Shown: positions 17,161 to 26,360 of the stretch, piece after piece
Layout: each line of letters begins with the position of its first letter
Numbering within the stretch: position 1 is the stretch's first letter
Source: Hyalangium minutum
GTDB lineage: Bacteria; Myxococcota; Myxococcia; Myxococcales; Myxococcaceae
Length of the DNA stretch: 248,000 nucleotides
Assembly: GCF_000737315.1 (NCBI RefSeq)
Contig: NZ_JMCB01000013.1
Span: forward strand, 20,001-268,000
Reading direction: 5' to 3'
Program-made: the position numbers and the translations under genes
Notes under the pieces: model-generated
What the model was told of the DNA's origin: nothing
The model's input: the letters and a program-made list of their open reading frames with translations, nothing else
Database searches by the model: none

Positions 17161-18090
17161 ATGCCTCCAGAATCCCTGCTTGTCGTTGGAGTAGGAGACA
17201 TCCATGGGCGCTTCCACCGGGTGGAGGCGTGGATGGATGCGCTGGAAGCGGCGCGCGGTCGCTCCGTGGATTTCATGGTGGCGGTGGGGGACGTGGAGGC
17301 GTTCCGGCGGGCGGATGACCACCGGCGCAAGGCGGCCAAGCGCGCCATGCCAGCCGAGTTCGCCGAGTACGCGGACGGCACGCGGCGGATGAAGCGGCCG
17401 CTGTACTTCATTGGCGGCAACAACGAGGACTTCGAGGCACTGCACGACCACCCCGAGGGTGTCGAGCTCGCACCGAACGTGCACTACCTGGGGCGGGCGG
17501 GGCTGCGGCACGTGAGGGGGCTGCGGGTGGGCTACCTGTCGGGCATCCACGCGCCGCGCTTCTTCGAGCAGCCCATAAAGCGGCCCACGTCGCTGGATTC
17601 GGCGAAGCAGGCGGGCTACTTCCGCACGCCCGAGGTGGAGAAGGTGACGGGGATAAGGGACGTGGACCTGTTCCTGGTGCACGAGTGGCCCCGGGGCATC
17701 GTCCAGCGCGCCCGGGACGAGGCGCTGCCCTCCTCGCGGCCGCTGCCGTCCTACTGGATTGGCAACCCCATCACCCGCAGGCTGGTGGACACCATCCGGC
17801 CGAGGTGGGTGCTGTGTGGGCACTCGCACAAGGGGTTCGCCGTGTCGCTGGGCGGCGAGGGCCACCGGCCGGTGACACGCATTGCCTGCCTGGATCAGGC
17901 TGCCCGGCCGGAGGAGGCCGTGTTCTGGCTGGAGTACGAGGGCCGCGAGCCCGTGCGTGCGGGGTGGGGCCTCTCGGGCGAGGTGGCGTGGAAGGCGGGA
18001 GAGACGTGGAACCTCACGCGCCTGCCGGCCACCCCGCCTCCCCGTGTCTCCGAGGACGCAGGCGAGATGGAGGAGCACGAGTCTCCCTGA
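17161..18090 (+). CDS. Metallophosphoesterase, Dbr1 (lariat debranching enzyme)-like
   Basis: GDIHG, VGDVEAFR, FIGGNNE, LSGI, VHEWPRGI, GNP...L...RP.W..GHSH. Confidence 0.8.
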   Translation: MPPESLLVVGVGDIHGRFHRVEAWMDALEAARGRSVDFMVAVGDVEAFRRADDHRRKAAKRAMPAEFAEYADGTRRMKRPLYFIGGNNEDFEALHDHPEGVELAPNVHYLGRAGLRHVRGLRVGYLSGIHAPRFFEQPIKRPTSLDSAKQAGYFRTPEVEKVTGIRDVDLFLVHEWPRGIVQRARDEALPSSRPLPSYWIGNPITRRLVDTIRPRWVLCGHSHKGFAVSLGGEGHRPVTRIACLDQAARPEEAVFWLEYEGREPVRAGWGLSGEVAWKAGETWNLTRLPATPPPRVSEDAGEMEEHESP

Positions 18091-18096
18091 GCGAGC

Positions 18097-21000
18097 TCAG
18101 GCGTTCGTGGTGGGCTCCTCCGGAAGGGAAGGCGGGCCCGCGGGCTGCAGCAGCACCTCGAAGGTGGTGCCCTGGCCGGGCGTGCTGCGCACACGGATGT
18201 CTCCGCCCATGGCCTTGACGTAGGTGTGGCACAGGGACAGCCCCAGCCCCGTGCCCATCCCCACCGGCTTGGTGGTGAAGAAGGGATCGAAGATGCGGGG
18301 CAGCACCTCCGGCGGAATGCCCGTGCCGGTGTCGCTTACCTCCACCCTGAGCGGGCCCGCCTCTTCCTGCCGCGCGGTGAGGCGGATCTCGTGCTGGTCC
18401 GCGTGGCCCTCGGGGATGGCCTGGGCCGCGTTCACCAGCAGGTTGAGGAACACCTGGCCCAGATGCGTCTCGTCTCCCATGACCCAGAGCGGCCCCGTGT
18501 AGTCCTTCACCAGCCGGGCCCGGTGGCGGATCTGCCCGCCCGCCATGGAGGCCGCCAGCTCCAGCACGGGCGCCAGATCCACCTGCGTGGGCTGCCGCGG
18601 CTTCGCTCGGGAGAACGTGCGGAGATCCTGGATGATGCGGCTCATCCGATCGGCACCTTGCAGTGCCTCGGCGAGCGCCTGCCCCACCTCCTCCATCCGC
18701 TCGCGGTCCTCCGGGGGCACGTGGAGCGCACGCACCTCCGAGTCCACGAAGTGCAGGTTGGAGATGACGAAGGACAGCGGGTTGTTCAGCTCGTGGCCCA
18801 CGCCTGCGGCCAACGTGCCCACCGCTGCCAGCTTCTCCGCGTGGACCAGCCGCTCCCGCGCGTCCTGCAACTCCTGGACGTGGGCCTGCAGATCCGCGTT
18901 CACCGTGGCCAGCTCCTCGGTGCGCTGGGCCACGTGGGACTCCAGCTGGCGCTCGCGGCGGCCGGCCTGGCGCAGGCGCAGCCACACCAGGCCCGCCACG
19001 GTCAGCACCACCGCCAGCCCGCCCATCGCCCGGAACCACCCCGTTTGGTGGAAGCGAGGTTTCAGCTCGAACATCAGCTCCACGCCCGGGGCCGCGCCAC
19101 CTCCGTCCGCGTACTCCGCCTCCACGAGGAACCGGTAGCTCCCCGGCGGCAGGCTCAGGTACCAGGCCTCGCGCCGGGTGCCGGCCTGGACCCAGTCCTC
19201 GTCCGCCCCCTCGAGCCGGAAGCGGAAGCGCACCTGCTGGGGTGCGCGCAGGCCCGCCGAGGTGTAGCGGATCTCCACCCGGCCCTCACCCCGGGGGATG
19301 GAGCCCCGCTCTGACGGAGGGATGGGACGTCCGTCTACCCTCAGCTCTTCAATGAGCACCGGAGCCGGGGGCAGCCGCGCGGCCTCGGGGCCCGGCGTAT
19401 ACGCGACAGCGCCGCGGATGGTGGGGAACCAGAGCCGGCCGCTGCGATCCCGCCACCCAGCGGGGGCACCCAGGGCGTTGCACTCCGCCGAGCGCATCCC
19501 ATCCTCCGCGCCATAGACGCGCGGGGTGAGGTGCACGAGCCGGCCCTCGGCCACCGCGTCCAGCTCCGCCTTCGACACGTGGGAGATGCCCTTGTTGCTG
19601 CTCATCCACAGGTCGCCCTGGCCGTCTTCGAGGAGCTGGAAGATGCGGTTGTCGTAGAGCCCGTCCGTCACGGAGAAGCGCCGGAACTGTCCCTCCTTCC
19701 AGCGGAAGAGCCCGTCATCGGTGCCGATCCACAGCACACCGTTGCTGTCCTCGTGGAGCGCCGCGACCTTGCTGTTCAGGGGCCCGCGCTCGGGCGCCAG
19801 CAGGGTGCTCCGCCCCTGGAGGAGGTGGGCCAGCCCGCCGTCCCGGGTGCCCAGCCACAGGCCTCCGGCGGCGCTGGCACGCAGCAAGCTCAGGTCCTTT
19901 CCAGGGAGCCCGCCCTCGGGCGTGAAGGGCTCGAAGCGCTCCCCGGTTCTGCGCGCCAGTCCCGTGGGCGTGCCCACCCAGAGGGTGCCCTGGGCGTCCA
20001 CCTCCAGGTAGAAGGCGCGCACGTCCGTCAGTCCCTGTGCCTCGCCGTATGCGGTGAACGTACCGTCGCGCCAGCGGTTGATGCCGCTGCGCGTCCCCAC
20101 CCACACGTTGCCTTCCGGGTCCTCCGCGAGCGTGCGGACGCGATCCAGGACGAGGCCGTCGCGCGGCGTCCAGGACGTCATCGTCCCGTCGCTCTGCATG
20201 CGGGTGACGCCGCCTCCCAAGGTGCCGAACCAGATGCTGCCGTCTCGCATCTGGCGGATGGTCAGCACCATGTCGCTCCCCATGCCCTCCAGTGGCCCGT
20301 AGGGCGTGAAGGGCGCGTCCTTGAGGCGGTGGAGCCCTCGGGCCTCCGTGCCCACCCACAGGTTGCCCTCGCGATCCTCGAGCAGCGTGCTCACCAGGCA
20401 GCCTTCCAGCGGGTGCCCGCGAGGCAGCTCCGAGAGCTGGCCGTGAGACCACCGCTGCAGCCCTCGGCCCAGCGTCCCCATCCAGAGTGTGCCAGCCCGA
20501 TCGAAGAGCATCAGGCCAATGGGAGCACCGGCCGTGCCTGCTCCCGGCACCGGCCGCATGACTCCGTCCACGAGCTGGTAGACGATCCCCGCCTCGGTGC
20601 CGGCCCAGAGCGTGCCCCGCGAGTCGAGGGTCATTGTCCGCACTGTGACGCGCTTCTGGCCTTCGAAGGGCAAGGGCGCCGTCCATGCGGTCCCATCCCA
20701 TCGCTGCAGGCCTCCCTCGCTGCCCGCCCAGATGCTGCCCTGCTCGTCCTCCACAAGCGCCAGCACCGTGTCGTTGGCCAGCCCGTTGGCCACGGTCCAC
20801 GTCCGCAGCTTCCCGTCGGAGACTCGCGAGATGCCGTGCCCATCCGAGGCCACCCACAGACTTCCGTCGCGGGTGGCCAGCAGCTCGTTGGGGCTGGAGA
20901 GGGCCTTGTCCGGCGGAGCGGCCAACGCGAAGAAGGTGCCCTCCCGGAAGCCTGCAATGCCCTCGGTGGTGCCGATCCACAGCGTCCCATCCGGCGCGAG

Positions 21001-21282
21001 CTCCAGGTTCCGCACGGAGCGGCTGGGCAGGGCGTGGGTGTTCGCCGGCTCGAAGACGGTGAAGTTCACCCCGTCGAAGCGGACCAAGCCCTCCCAGGTG
21101 CCGCTCCACAGGTAGCCGTCCGGCGTCTGGGCCATGTCCAGCACGCTGTTCTGCGGCAGCCCCTCCGCCGTCTGCCACGCCCGGTGGGGGAACTGGAGCA
21201 GGGCCTTGTCCGGGTCCAGCGCCCAGGCATGCCCCCAAGCTCCCAGCACGGCTCCCAGCAGCAGGATCCCCCGCAGGCTCAT
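18097..21282 (-). CDS. Beta-propeller (Reg_prop/Y_Y_Y) sensor histidine kinase
   Basis: LW.GT..GL repeats, YRFLVEA, GHELNNPL H-box. Confidence 0.92.
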   Translation of the reverse strand: MSLRGILLLGAVLGAWGHAWALDPDKALLQFPHRAWQTAEGLPQNSVLDMAQTPDGYLWSGTWEGLVRFDGVNFTVFEPANTHALPSRSVRNLELAPDGTLWIGTTEGIAGFREGTFFALAAPPDKALSSPNELLATRDGSLWVASDGHGISRVSDGKLRTWTVANGLANDTVLALVEDEQGSIWAGSEGGLQRWDGTAWTAPLPFEGQKRVTVRTMTLDSRGTLWAGTEAGIVYQLVDGVMRPVPGAGTAGAPIGLMLFDRAGTLWMGTLGRGLQRWSHGQLSELPRGHPLEGCLVSTLLEDREGNLWVGTEARGLHRLKDAPFTPYGPLEGMGSDMVLTIRQMRDGSIWFGTLGGGVTRMQSDGTMTSWTPRDGLVLDRVRTLAEDPEGNVWVGTRSGINRWRDGTFTAYGEAQGLTDVRAFYLEVDAQGTLWVGTPTGLARRTGERFEPFTPEGGLPGKDLSLLRASAAGGLWLGTRDGGLAHLLQGRSTLLAPERGPLNSKVAALHEDSNGVLWIGTDDGLFRWKEGQFRRFSVTDGLYDNRIFQLLEDGQGDLWMSSNKGISHVSKAELDAVAEGRLVHLTPRVYGAEDGMRSAECNALGAPAGWRDRSGRLWFPTIRGAVAYTPGPEAARLPPAPVLIEELRVDGRPIPPSERGSIPRGEGRVEIRYTSAGLRAPQQVRFRFRLEGADEDWVQAGTRREAWYLSLPPGSYRFLVEAEYADGGGAAPGVELMFELKPRFHQTGWFRAMGGLAVVLTVAGLVWLRLRQAGRRERQLESHVAQRTEELATVNADLQAHVQELQDARERLVHAEKLAAVGTLAAGVGHELNNPLSFVISNLHFVDSEVRALHVPPEDRERMEEVGQALAEALQGADRMSRIIQDLRTFSRAKPRQPTQVDLAPVLELAASMAGGQIRHRARLVKDYTGPLWVMGDETHLGQVFLNLLVNAAQAIPEGHADQHEIRLTARQEEAGPLRVEVSDTGTGIPPEVLPRIFDPFFTTKPVGMGTGLGLSLCHTYVKAMGGDIRVRSTPGQGTTFEVLLQPAGPPSLPEEPTTNA

Positions 21283-21366
21283 GGCCCCATCATCCCAAGA
21301 AACACGAAGGGCCGGGCGCCACGATTGGCACGCCCGGCCCCTTGCTTCAGCCCCTACCGAGTGCGG

Positions 21367-22662
21367 TTACCAGGGGCAGTTGACCACTTCCACCGTGCGG
21401 GTGAGCGGGGCCGCGCTGTTGCCGCCGCTGTCCGTCAGCGTGTACTGCACCGTGTAGACGCCCTCGACCCAGCCGTTGGGGAAGCCCGTCCAGTGCGCCT
21501 CGGGGGTGATATCGCCGTAGCAGGTGTCGAACGCCGTCCAACCCGGATCCACCCACTGGCTGCCGCACTGGTGGACCATGTGCGTGGGGCCCTTGAGCGC
21601 GAACTGCGGCGGCTTGGTGTCGTTCACCGTCACGTTGCGGATGGCGCTGACCGTGCGGCCCTGAGCATCCCACGCGATGTACTGCACGGGGTAGGTGCCC
21701 TCGGCGCAGGTGGCCGGCCCGGGGCCGTACGCGTCGTGGCCCGAGTTGTAGTAGTGCACCTCGAGATCCGAGCAGTCCGCGTTGAACGCCTGGGCGCCCG
21801 GATCCGTCCACGTCGTCTCACCGCACTCCAGCGTCATGTCCAGCGAGCCGTTGGGCACCAGCAGCGGGCCCGAGCCCGGCGTGCACGCGGAGCTGGTGCT
21901 CATGTTGCTGCTGTTGCGGGTGAGGTTGTTCGGGTTGTTGCTGCACACCTGGCTGTTCACGCACGCCAGCGCCGCGTGGCTGCAGGTGCCGTCCGTGTTG
22001 CAGATGTCCGTGGTGCAGCTGTCGCCATCGTCGCAGCTCGCGCTGCCGCTGCAGGCGGTGGAGACCACCTCGCCGTTGAGCACCACGTCCGCGCGGCGCA
22101 GCCGGTTCTCCGAGCAGCAGTCATCCACCTGGGTGATGACCACGCGGTTGAGCTCGCCCGCCTTGACGTGCGAGGCCAGGTTCGTCGTGCCGCTGCCGCC
22201 CAGGTACACGTAGCTGCCGGGGATCACCAGGCCGCCCGGGTGCTGGGAGTTGTAGATGGTGACGCGCGAGCCGTCGTCCATGCCGGTGAAGCTGATGGTG
22301 AACGTCGTCACGGCCACGTTGGACGGGATGTTCACGAACGTCTGGAAGTAGGTGAAGTCGCCGTACGCCAGACAGGTGGTCGGCGCGCTACACACCCGAG
22401 AGGGAATGTCGAAGTTGATATAGTCCGGGTTCGGCGCCGACACCCAGTCCGGATCCGAAGCGGCCGGAACGCTGGCCACGTCGTACTCACAGTTCTGCCC
22501 GTGCTGCGTGGGGTTGCAGCTGAACCGCACGAGTCCCAGCGGATTGCTGGCCGTCACCTCGTTACCATTGTGCATCTGCCACGGCGAGCGGCTCTGGGCC
22601 GCCGCGGGCAGGGCGAAGAGAACGGCGAGAGTTCCTACCGCGCCTACCAACTTGTTGATCAT
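21367..22662 (-). CDS. Secreted Cys-rich protein with C-terminal DUF5011-like Ig repeats
   Basis: Signal peptide; two W.DPG..A.D Ig repeats. Confidence 0.7.
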   Translation of the reverse strand: MINKLVGAVGTLAVLFALPAAAQSRSPWQMHNGNEVTASNPLGLVRFSCNPTQHGQNCEYDVASVPAASDPDWVSAPNPDYINFDIPSRVCSAPTTCLAYGDFTYFQTFVNIPSNVAVTTFTISFTGMDDGSRVTIYNSQHPGGLVIPGSYVYLGGSGTTNLASHVKAGELNRVVITQVDDCCSENRLRRADVVLNGEVVSTACSGSASCDDGDSCTTDICNTDGTCSHAALACVNSQVCSNNPNNLTRNSSNMSTSSACTPGSGPLLVPNGSLDMTLECGETTWTDPGAQAFNADCSDLEVHYYNSGHDAYGPGPATCAEGTYPVQYIAWDAQGRTVSAIRNVTVNDTKPPQFALKGPTHMVHQCGSQWVDPGWTAFDTCYGDITPEAHWTGFPNGWVEGVYTVQYTLTDSGGNSAAPLTRTVEVVNCPW

Positions 22663-22834
22663 CTGGTGTAGCCCCCTCGTCGGAGCGGCCAGCCCGTTCT
22701 GGCCAAACTTTTTGACGCCCAACGTCACAGTACCAGCGTCAAAAGTGGTTCTTACTGTACCGGGAGAGCAGGCTCGATCTCAAGGGGGGAACAGGTATTA
22801 ATCGCGTTTTTCAGATCTTGATAAAGGCGGCCAA

Positions 22835-23075
22835 TCAAGGGGCAGGGAAGAGGTAAGTCTCAATAAAATCAAAGGCTTGCTGATCGTGGGTGATCTTTGC
22901 ATCCACATCCGCCTGCAAGAAAGTACCTCCTGCGCTGAAGGCCTCATCGAAGCTGTGGTGGACGTTGTGTTGGAGTTCGCCAGCAGCGCCATGAGGGTGC
23001 TGCCCCCGTGGGACCAGCCGAGCACGCCCACGCGGTTCATGTCGATGCCGGGCACGGTGGTGAGGACCTGCTGAA
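22835..23075 (-). pseudogene. Remnant of dienelactone hydrolase-like alpha/beta hydrolase
   Basis: IDMNRVGVLGWSHGG nucleophile elbow in one frame and HSFD catalytic His segment in another. Confidence 0.55.
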
Positions 23076-23147
23076 AATCTTCCCGGCAGGCGGAGAGAGG
23101 AGCTCGGGCTGGGAGGTGACCGTCCGCTTTGACGGACAGGAATCCGC

Positions 23148-23176
23148 GCAACCGGCAGACGCCTCCTTCCGATAAT
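23148..23176 (+). promoter_or_regulatory. Bipartite promoter motif GCAACC-N16-CGATAAT
   Basis: Same motif at 115777-115804 and 171548-171576, each just upstream of an ORF. Confidence 0.5.
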
Positions 23177-23217
23177 GGAGGTATCAGCCACACTGAATCC
23201 CAAAGGCGGGGTCTGCC

Positions 23218-23355
23218 ATGAACCAGGCTTCCGAAGTCATCAACCTCGAAGAGTTCCGCAAGAGCCGCAACGCCAAGCCGGCCACCGTTCGCGCCACCCC
23301 TCCGACGACCTTCTGGTCGCCCGTCTGGGTGTGGGTCATGGTCTGGTCGGCGTAA
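23218..23355 (+). CDS. Small 45-aa protein MNQASEVINLEEFRKSR...WSPVWVWVMVWSA
   Basis: Translated by hand; GC3-biased codons; promoter motif upstream. Confidence 0.65.
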   Translation: MNQASEVINLEEFRKSRNAKPATVRATPPTTFWSPVWVWVMVWSA

Positions 23356-23361
23356 ACCCTC

Positions 23362-24192
23362 TTAGGTCGAGGAGGGCGCCAGGCCCGCGCTGTGTTTCAC
23401 CAGGATCGCCCGGGAGTACGCCATCGCGAAGCCGAGGCGCGCTGCATTGCGCTCCGTGGGAATGCCCGGCCCCGAGATGATGACGGCAAGCTGGCTGCCT
23501 TGCTCTCGGCCCCGCTCCATCCTGGCGGCGATCAGGGCCTGCTGGACGCCTCGTCCTCGCCACGCGGGCTTCACGGACGTTCCGAACAGGGCAGTGAGGC
23601 CGTCCCGGGACTCGCAGCCCCCCGCGCCAATGGGTTCGCGTCCCTGGCGAGCCAGGAAGGCGTCCTGCACGGGCCGGCGCACGGCCTTCATGCCCAGCTC
23701 CAGGAACGCCGGTGGCAGAGGCTCGCCGTCCTGGAGGAAGCCGCTCTCGGCGACCTCTACGTACTCGCGGACCGCGGCGTCATCCTCGGGGTTGACGCGC
23801 TCGACGGTGATGCCTGTCGGCCAGCCGAGTGGCAGCAGCTCCCGGTAGGAGTCCTTCTCCGAGAGCTTGCGGACCAGCACGTTGGCGAACTGCTGGAGCA
23901 CGAACCCGCGCTGCGCCAGCGCGTTGAGCAAGGCCGGGAGGACGAAGGGGCTCAGCTCCACACGCGGCTCGACGCCTCGGGTGGTGAAGAACGCGATGAG
24001 CTCATCCAGCTCCGCATCGGTGAGCGGCCGCTCGTACCCGATTCCGCAGGCCTTGTTCACGTAGGAGCCGGGGCCATCGCAGGCCAGCCAGCCCTCGGCC
24101 AGGGGGCGGCGTTCCCGGGCCAGCTCCGAGGCGGCGAGCGCCTGCCGGCGTTCCACGAGCCGGGCGATGTCGATGAAGCTCCAGTCATTCAT
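23362..24192 (-). CDS. GNAT family N-acetyltransferase
   Basis: TSVKPAWRGRGVQ acetyl-CoA motif, ERNAARLGF. Confidence 0.85.
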   Translation of the reverse strand: MNDWSFIDIARLVERRQALAASELARERRPLAEGWLACDGPGSYVNKACGIGYERPLTDAELDELIAFFTTRGVEPRVELSPFVLPALLNALAQRGFVLQQFANVLVRKLSEKDSYRELLPLGWPTGITVERVNPEDDAAVREYVEVAESGFLQDGEPLPPAFLELGMKAVRRPVQDAFLARQGREPIGAGGCESRDGLTALFGTSVKPAWRGRGVQQALIAARMERGREQGSQLAVIISGPGIPTERNAARLGFAMAYSRAILVKHSAGLAPSST

Positions 24193-24364
24193 GGGCGTAG
24201 GTCCTCTGGCAGTGCGGGTGGCAGGGCTGGGCGTTGAGCATCTTACGGTGACGGTGCGTTTCCACCCCCACCTGGGCGAGAGGGGTGGCTAACGTCACTG
24301 CGCCCCGGGACGCGGTGCCGGTCCGTCTGCTGACGGTGCGCGCCGGGGCGGGAGGATTCACCGA

Positions 24365-25393
24365 ATGCGTGGTGGCGAGAGGCAGCAAGTGTTCGCGGGG
24401 CTTGATCTGGGCGGGACGAAGATCCAGGCCGTGCTGGTGGACGTGGAAGGGAAGGTCGTCAGCCAGTGCCGCCACGCCACCCCGCAGCAGGGCGGCCCAC
24501 AGGTCATCATCGAGGAGCTGTTCGCCACGCTGCAGGAGGTGACGCGGATGGTGAATCTGGAGCCCTCGGCGCTCGCGGGCGTGGGGGTAGGGGCTCCCGG
24601 CGCGGTGGATCCGGTGGCGGGCGTGCTGCTGCAGGCGGGCAACCTCCCCGGCTGGCACGGGCCTCATCCCCTGGCCGAGATCTTGTCGAAGAAGGCGAAG
24701 GTGCCGGTGTTCCTCGGCAACGACGTGCAGGTGGCGGTGATGGCCGAGGCGCGCTTGGGAGCTGGGCGCTCGTACCGTTCGATGCTCGGGGTGTGGTGGG
24801 GGACGGGCGTGGGCGGAGGCATCTACCTGGACGGCCGGCGCTGGACGGGGCGCGGGGCGGCGGGGGAGATCGGCCACATTGTCGTGCGGCGGGGCGGCGC
24901 GAAGTGCTCGTGCGGGCGGCGCGGGTGCATGGAGGCCTACGCAGGCCGGGGCGCTATGGAGCTCAAGGCTCGCAAGGCCGTGGCGCGCGGGGAGAAGACG
25001 CGGCTGTTCGAGCTCATGGAGTCGCAGGGCAAGGACCGGCTCACCAGCGGCGTCTGGATGAAGGCGCTGAAGCAGGAGGATGGCCTGGCCGAGCGGCTGA
25101 TCGCCCGTGCCGTGCGGATGCTGGGGGCCGGCATCGCGTCGGCGGTAAATCTGCTGGATGTGGAGGCGGTGATCATCGGCGGCGGGCTGGGCACGCGGCT
25201 GGGCGAGCCGTACGTGGAGCGCATCATCCAGGCCATGCACCCACACCTCTTCGTGTCCCAGCGGCCTCCGGACGTGCGCCTGTCGGCCCTGGGCGAGCTG
25301 TCCGGGGCCATTGGCGCGGCACTGCTCTCCGAGCCTCCGGCGGCGGGGACTTCTTCGCACCGGAGCTCCCGGTCCGTGAAGGGTGAGGTCTGA
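24365..25393 (+). CDS. ROK family sugar kinase
   Basis: GLDLGGTKI, GTGVGGG, GEIGH, CSCGRRGCME. Confidence 0.92.
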   Translation: MRGGERQQVFAGLDLGGTKIQAVLVDVEGKVVSQCRHATPQQGGPQVIIEELFATLQEVTRMVNLEPSALAGVGVGAPGAVDPVAGVLLQAGNLPGWHGPHPLAEILSKKAKVPVFLGNDVQVAVMAEARLGAGRSYRSMLGVWWGTGVGGGIYLDGRRWTGRGAAGEIGHIVVRRGGAKCSCGRRGCMEAYAGRGAMELKARKAVARGEKTRLFELMESQGKDRLTSGVWMKALKQEDGLAERLIARAVRMLGAGIASAVNLLDVEAVIIGGGLGTRLGEPYVERIIQAMHPHLFVSQRPPDVRLSALGELSGAIGAALLSEPPAAGTSSHRSSRSVKGEV

Positions 25394-25423
25394 TCCCGAG
25401 CCCTCAGAAACGGGCGGGCCGGC

Positions 25424-26332
25424 TCAGAACCGCCCGCTGAGCACCACGCTCCCAGGACCGCCCGACACACTCACCGAGGCCGCGCCTGGAGACGCCTGGG
25501 GCTCGCGGCCGTGGAGCAGCAGCGGCACGGCCACGCCGAACGCCGAGCCCAGCAGCGCGCCCGTGGCCACGTCCGTGAGGTAGTGCTTGTCCGCCGCCAT
25601 GCGCAGCAACGGCACGGTGGTGGCCAGCGGCAGCCCCACGCCCCAGATCCACTCGCGGTGCTTGTACCCGCGCAGCTCCGCCACCGTCCCCGCCGACACC
25701 ACCAGCGCGAACGCCAGGTTCGTGTGCCCGCTGTAGAAGGAGACGTTGTTGTCCGTGGGGTGCTCGGTGAGGGGCTTCTGGTCCTCGGGCAGCACGTGGA
25801 CGAAGGGCCGCTCGCGGTCGGCGAGGAACTTCACCGTCTGGTTCAACACCGAGGACAGCACCGCCGTCTGGATGATGATGCCCGCGTCCTGGAAGAAGAC
25901 GCTCCGGGGCGCGCCGCTCCCGTGACTCAGGGCGTACTGCGCTCCCAGCACACCCACTGGCAGCAGACCGAAGTCCACCACGTTGCTCCATGTGTCCGCG
26001 CGCTTGCGCTGGGCCTCGGTGCTGCCCGCGATACCCCGGCCCCACTTGTCCAGGCCGTTGAGCGAGTCCGTCCCGTCCGCGTTCCGGTCGCACCAGCCAC
26101 ATGTGGCCGAGGCCAGGTCCTTCTTGAGGAAGGCCTCGCTGCCAATCCAGATGAGGGCGCCAACGCCCGTGAGGGCCCCATCCCGGGCCCAGTTGAACCG
26201 CAGTTCATGAATGCCAGAAGCGGGGCTGGCGACGGGCGCAGCCTCGGGGGGCACGGGAGATGCAGCGAGCAGGGAAGCGAGCGCCAGGGCACACGGAGCG
26301 GGAAGCACGGAAGGAAGCATAAACGGCCGCAC
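25424..26332 (-). CDS. PAP2 family phosphatase
   Basis: K...RERP, SFYSGH, R...KHYLTDV. Confidence 0.85.
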   Translation of the reverse strand: MRPFMLPSVLPAPCALALASLLAASPVPPEAAPVASPASGIHELRFNWARDGALTGVGALIWIGSEAFLKKDLASATCGWCDRNADGTDSLNGLDKWGRGIAGSTEAQRKRADTWSNVVDFGLLPVGVLGAQYALSHGSGAPRSVFFQDAGIIIQTAVLSSVLNQTVKFLADRERPFVHVLPEDQKPLTEHPTDNNVSFYSGHTNLAFALVVSAGTVAELRGYKHREWIWGVGLPLATTVPLLRMAADKHYLTDVATGALLGSAFGVAVPLLLHGREPQASPGAASVSVSGGPGSVVLSGRF

Positions 26333-26360
26333 CTCGGACGTTCTACACTCCGCTCACGGA

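Noticed and set aside
26340-26360. LexA box upstream of addB
   Set aside because: CTACACTCCGCTCACG lacks the GTTC core, so the match is too weak.
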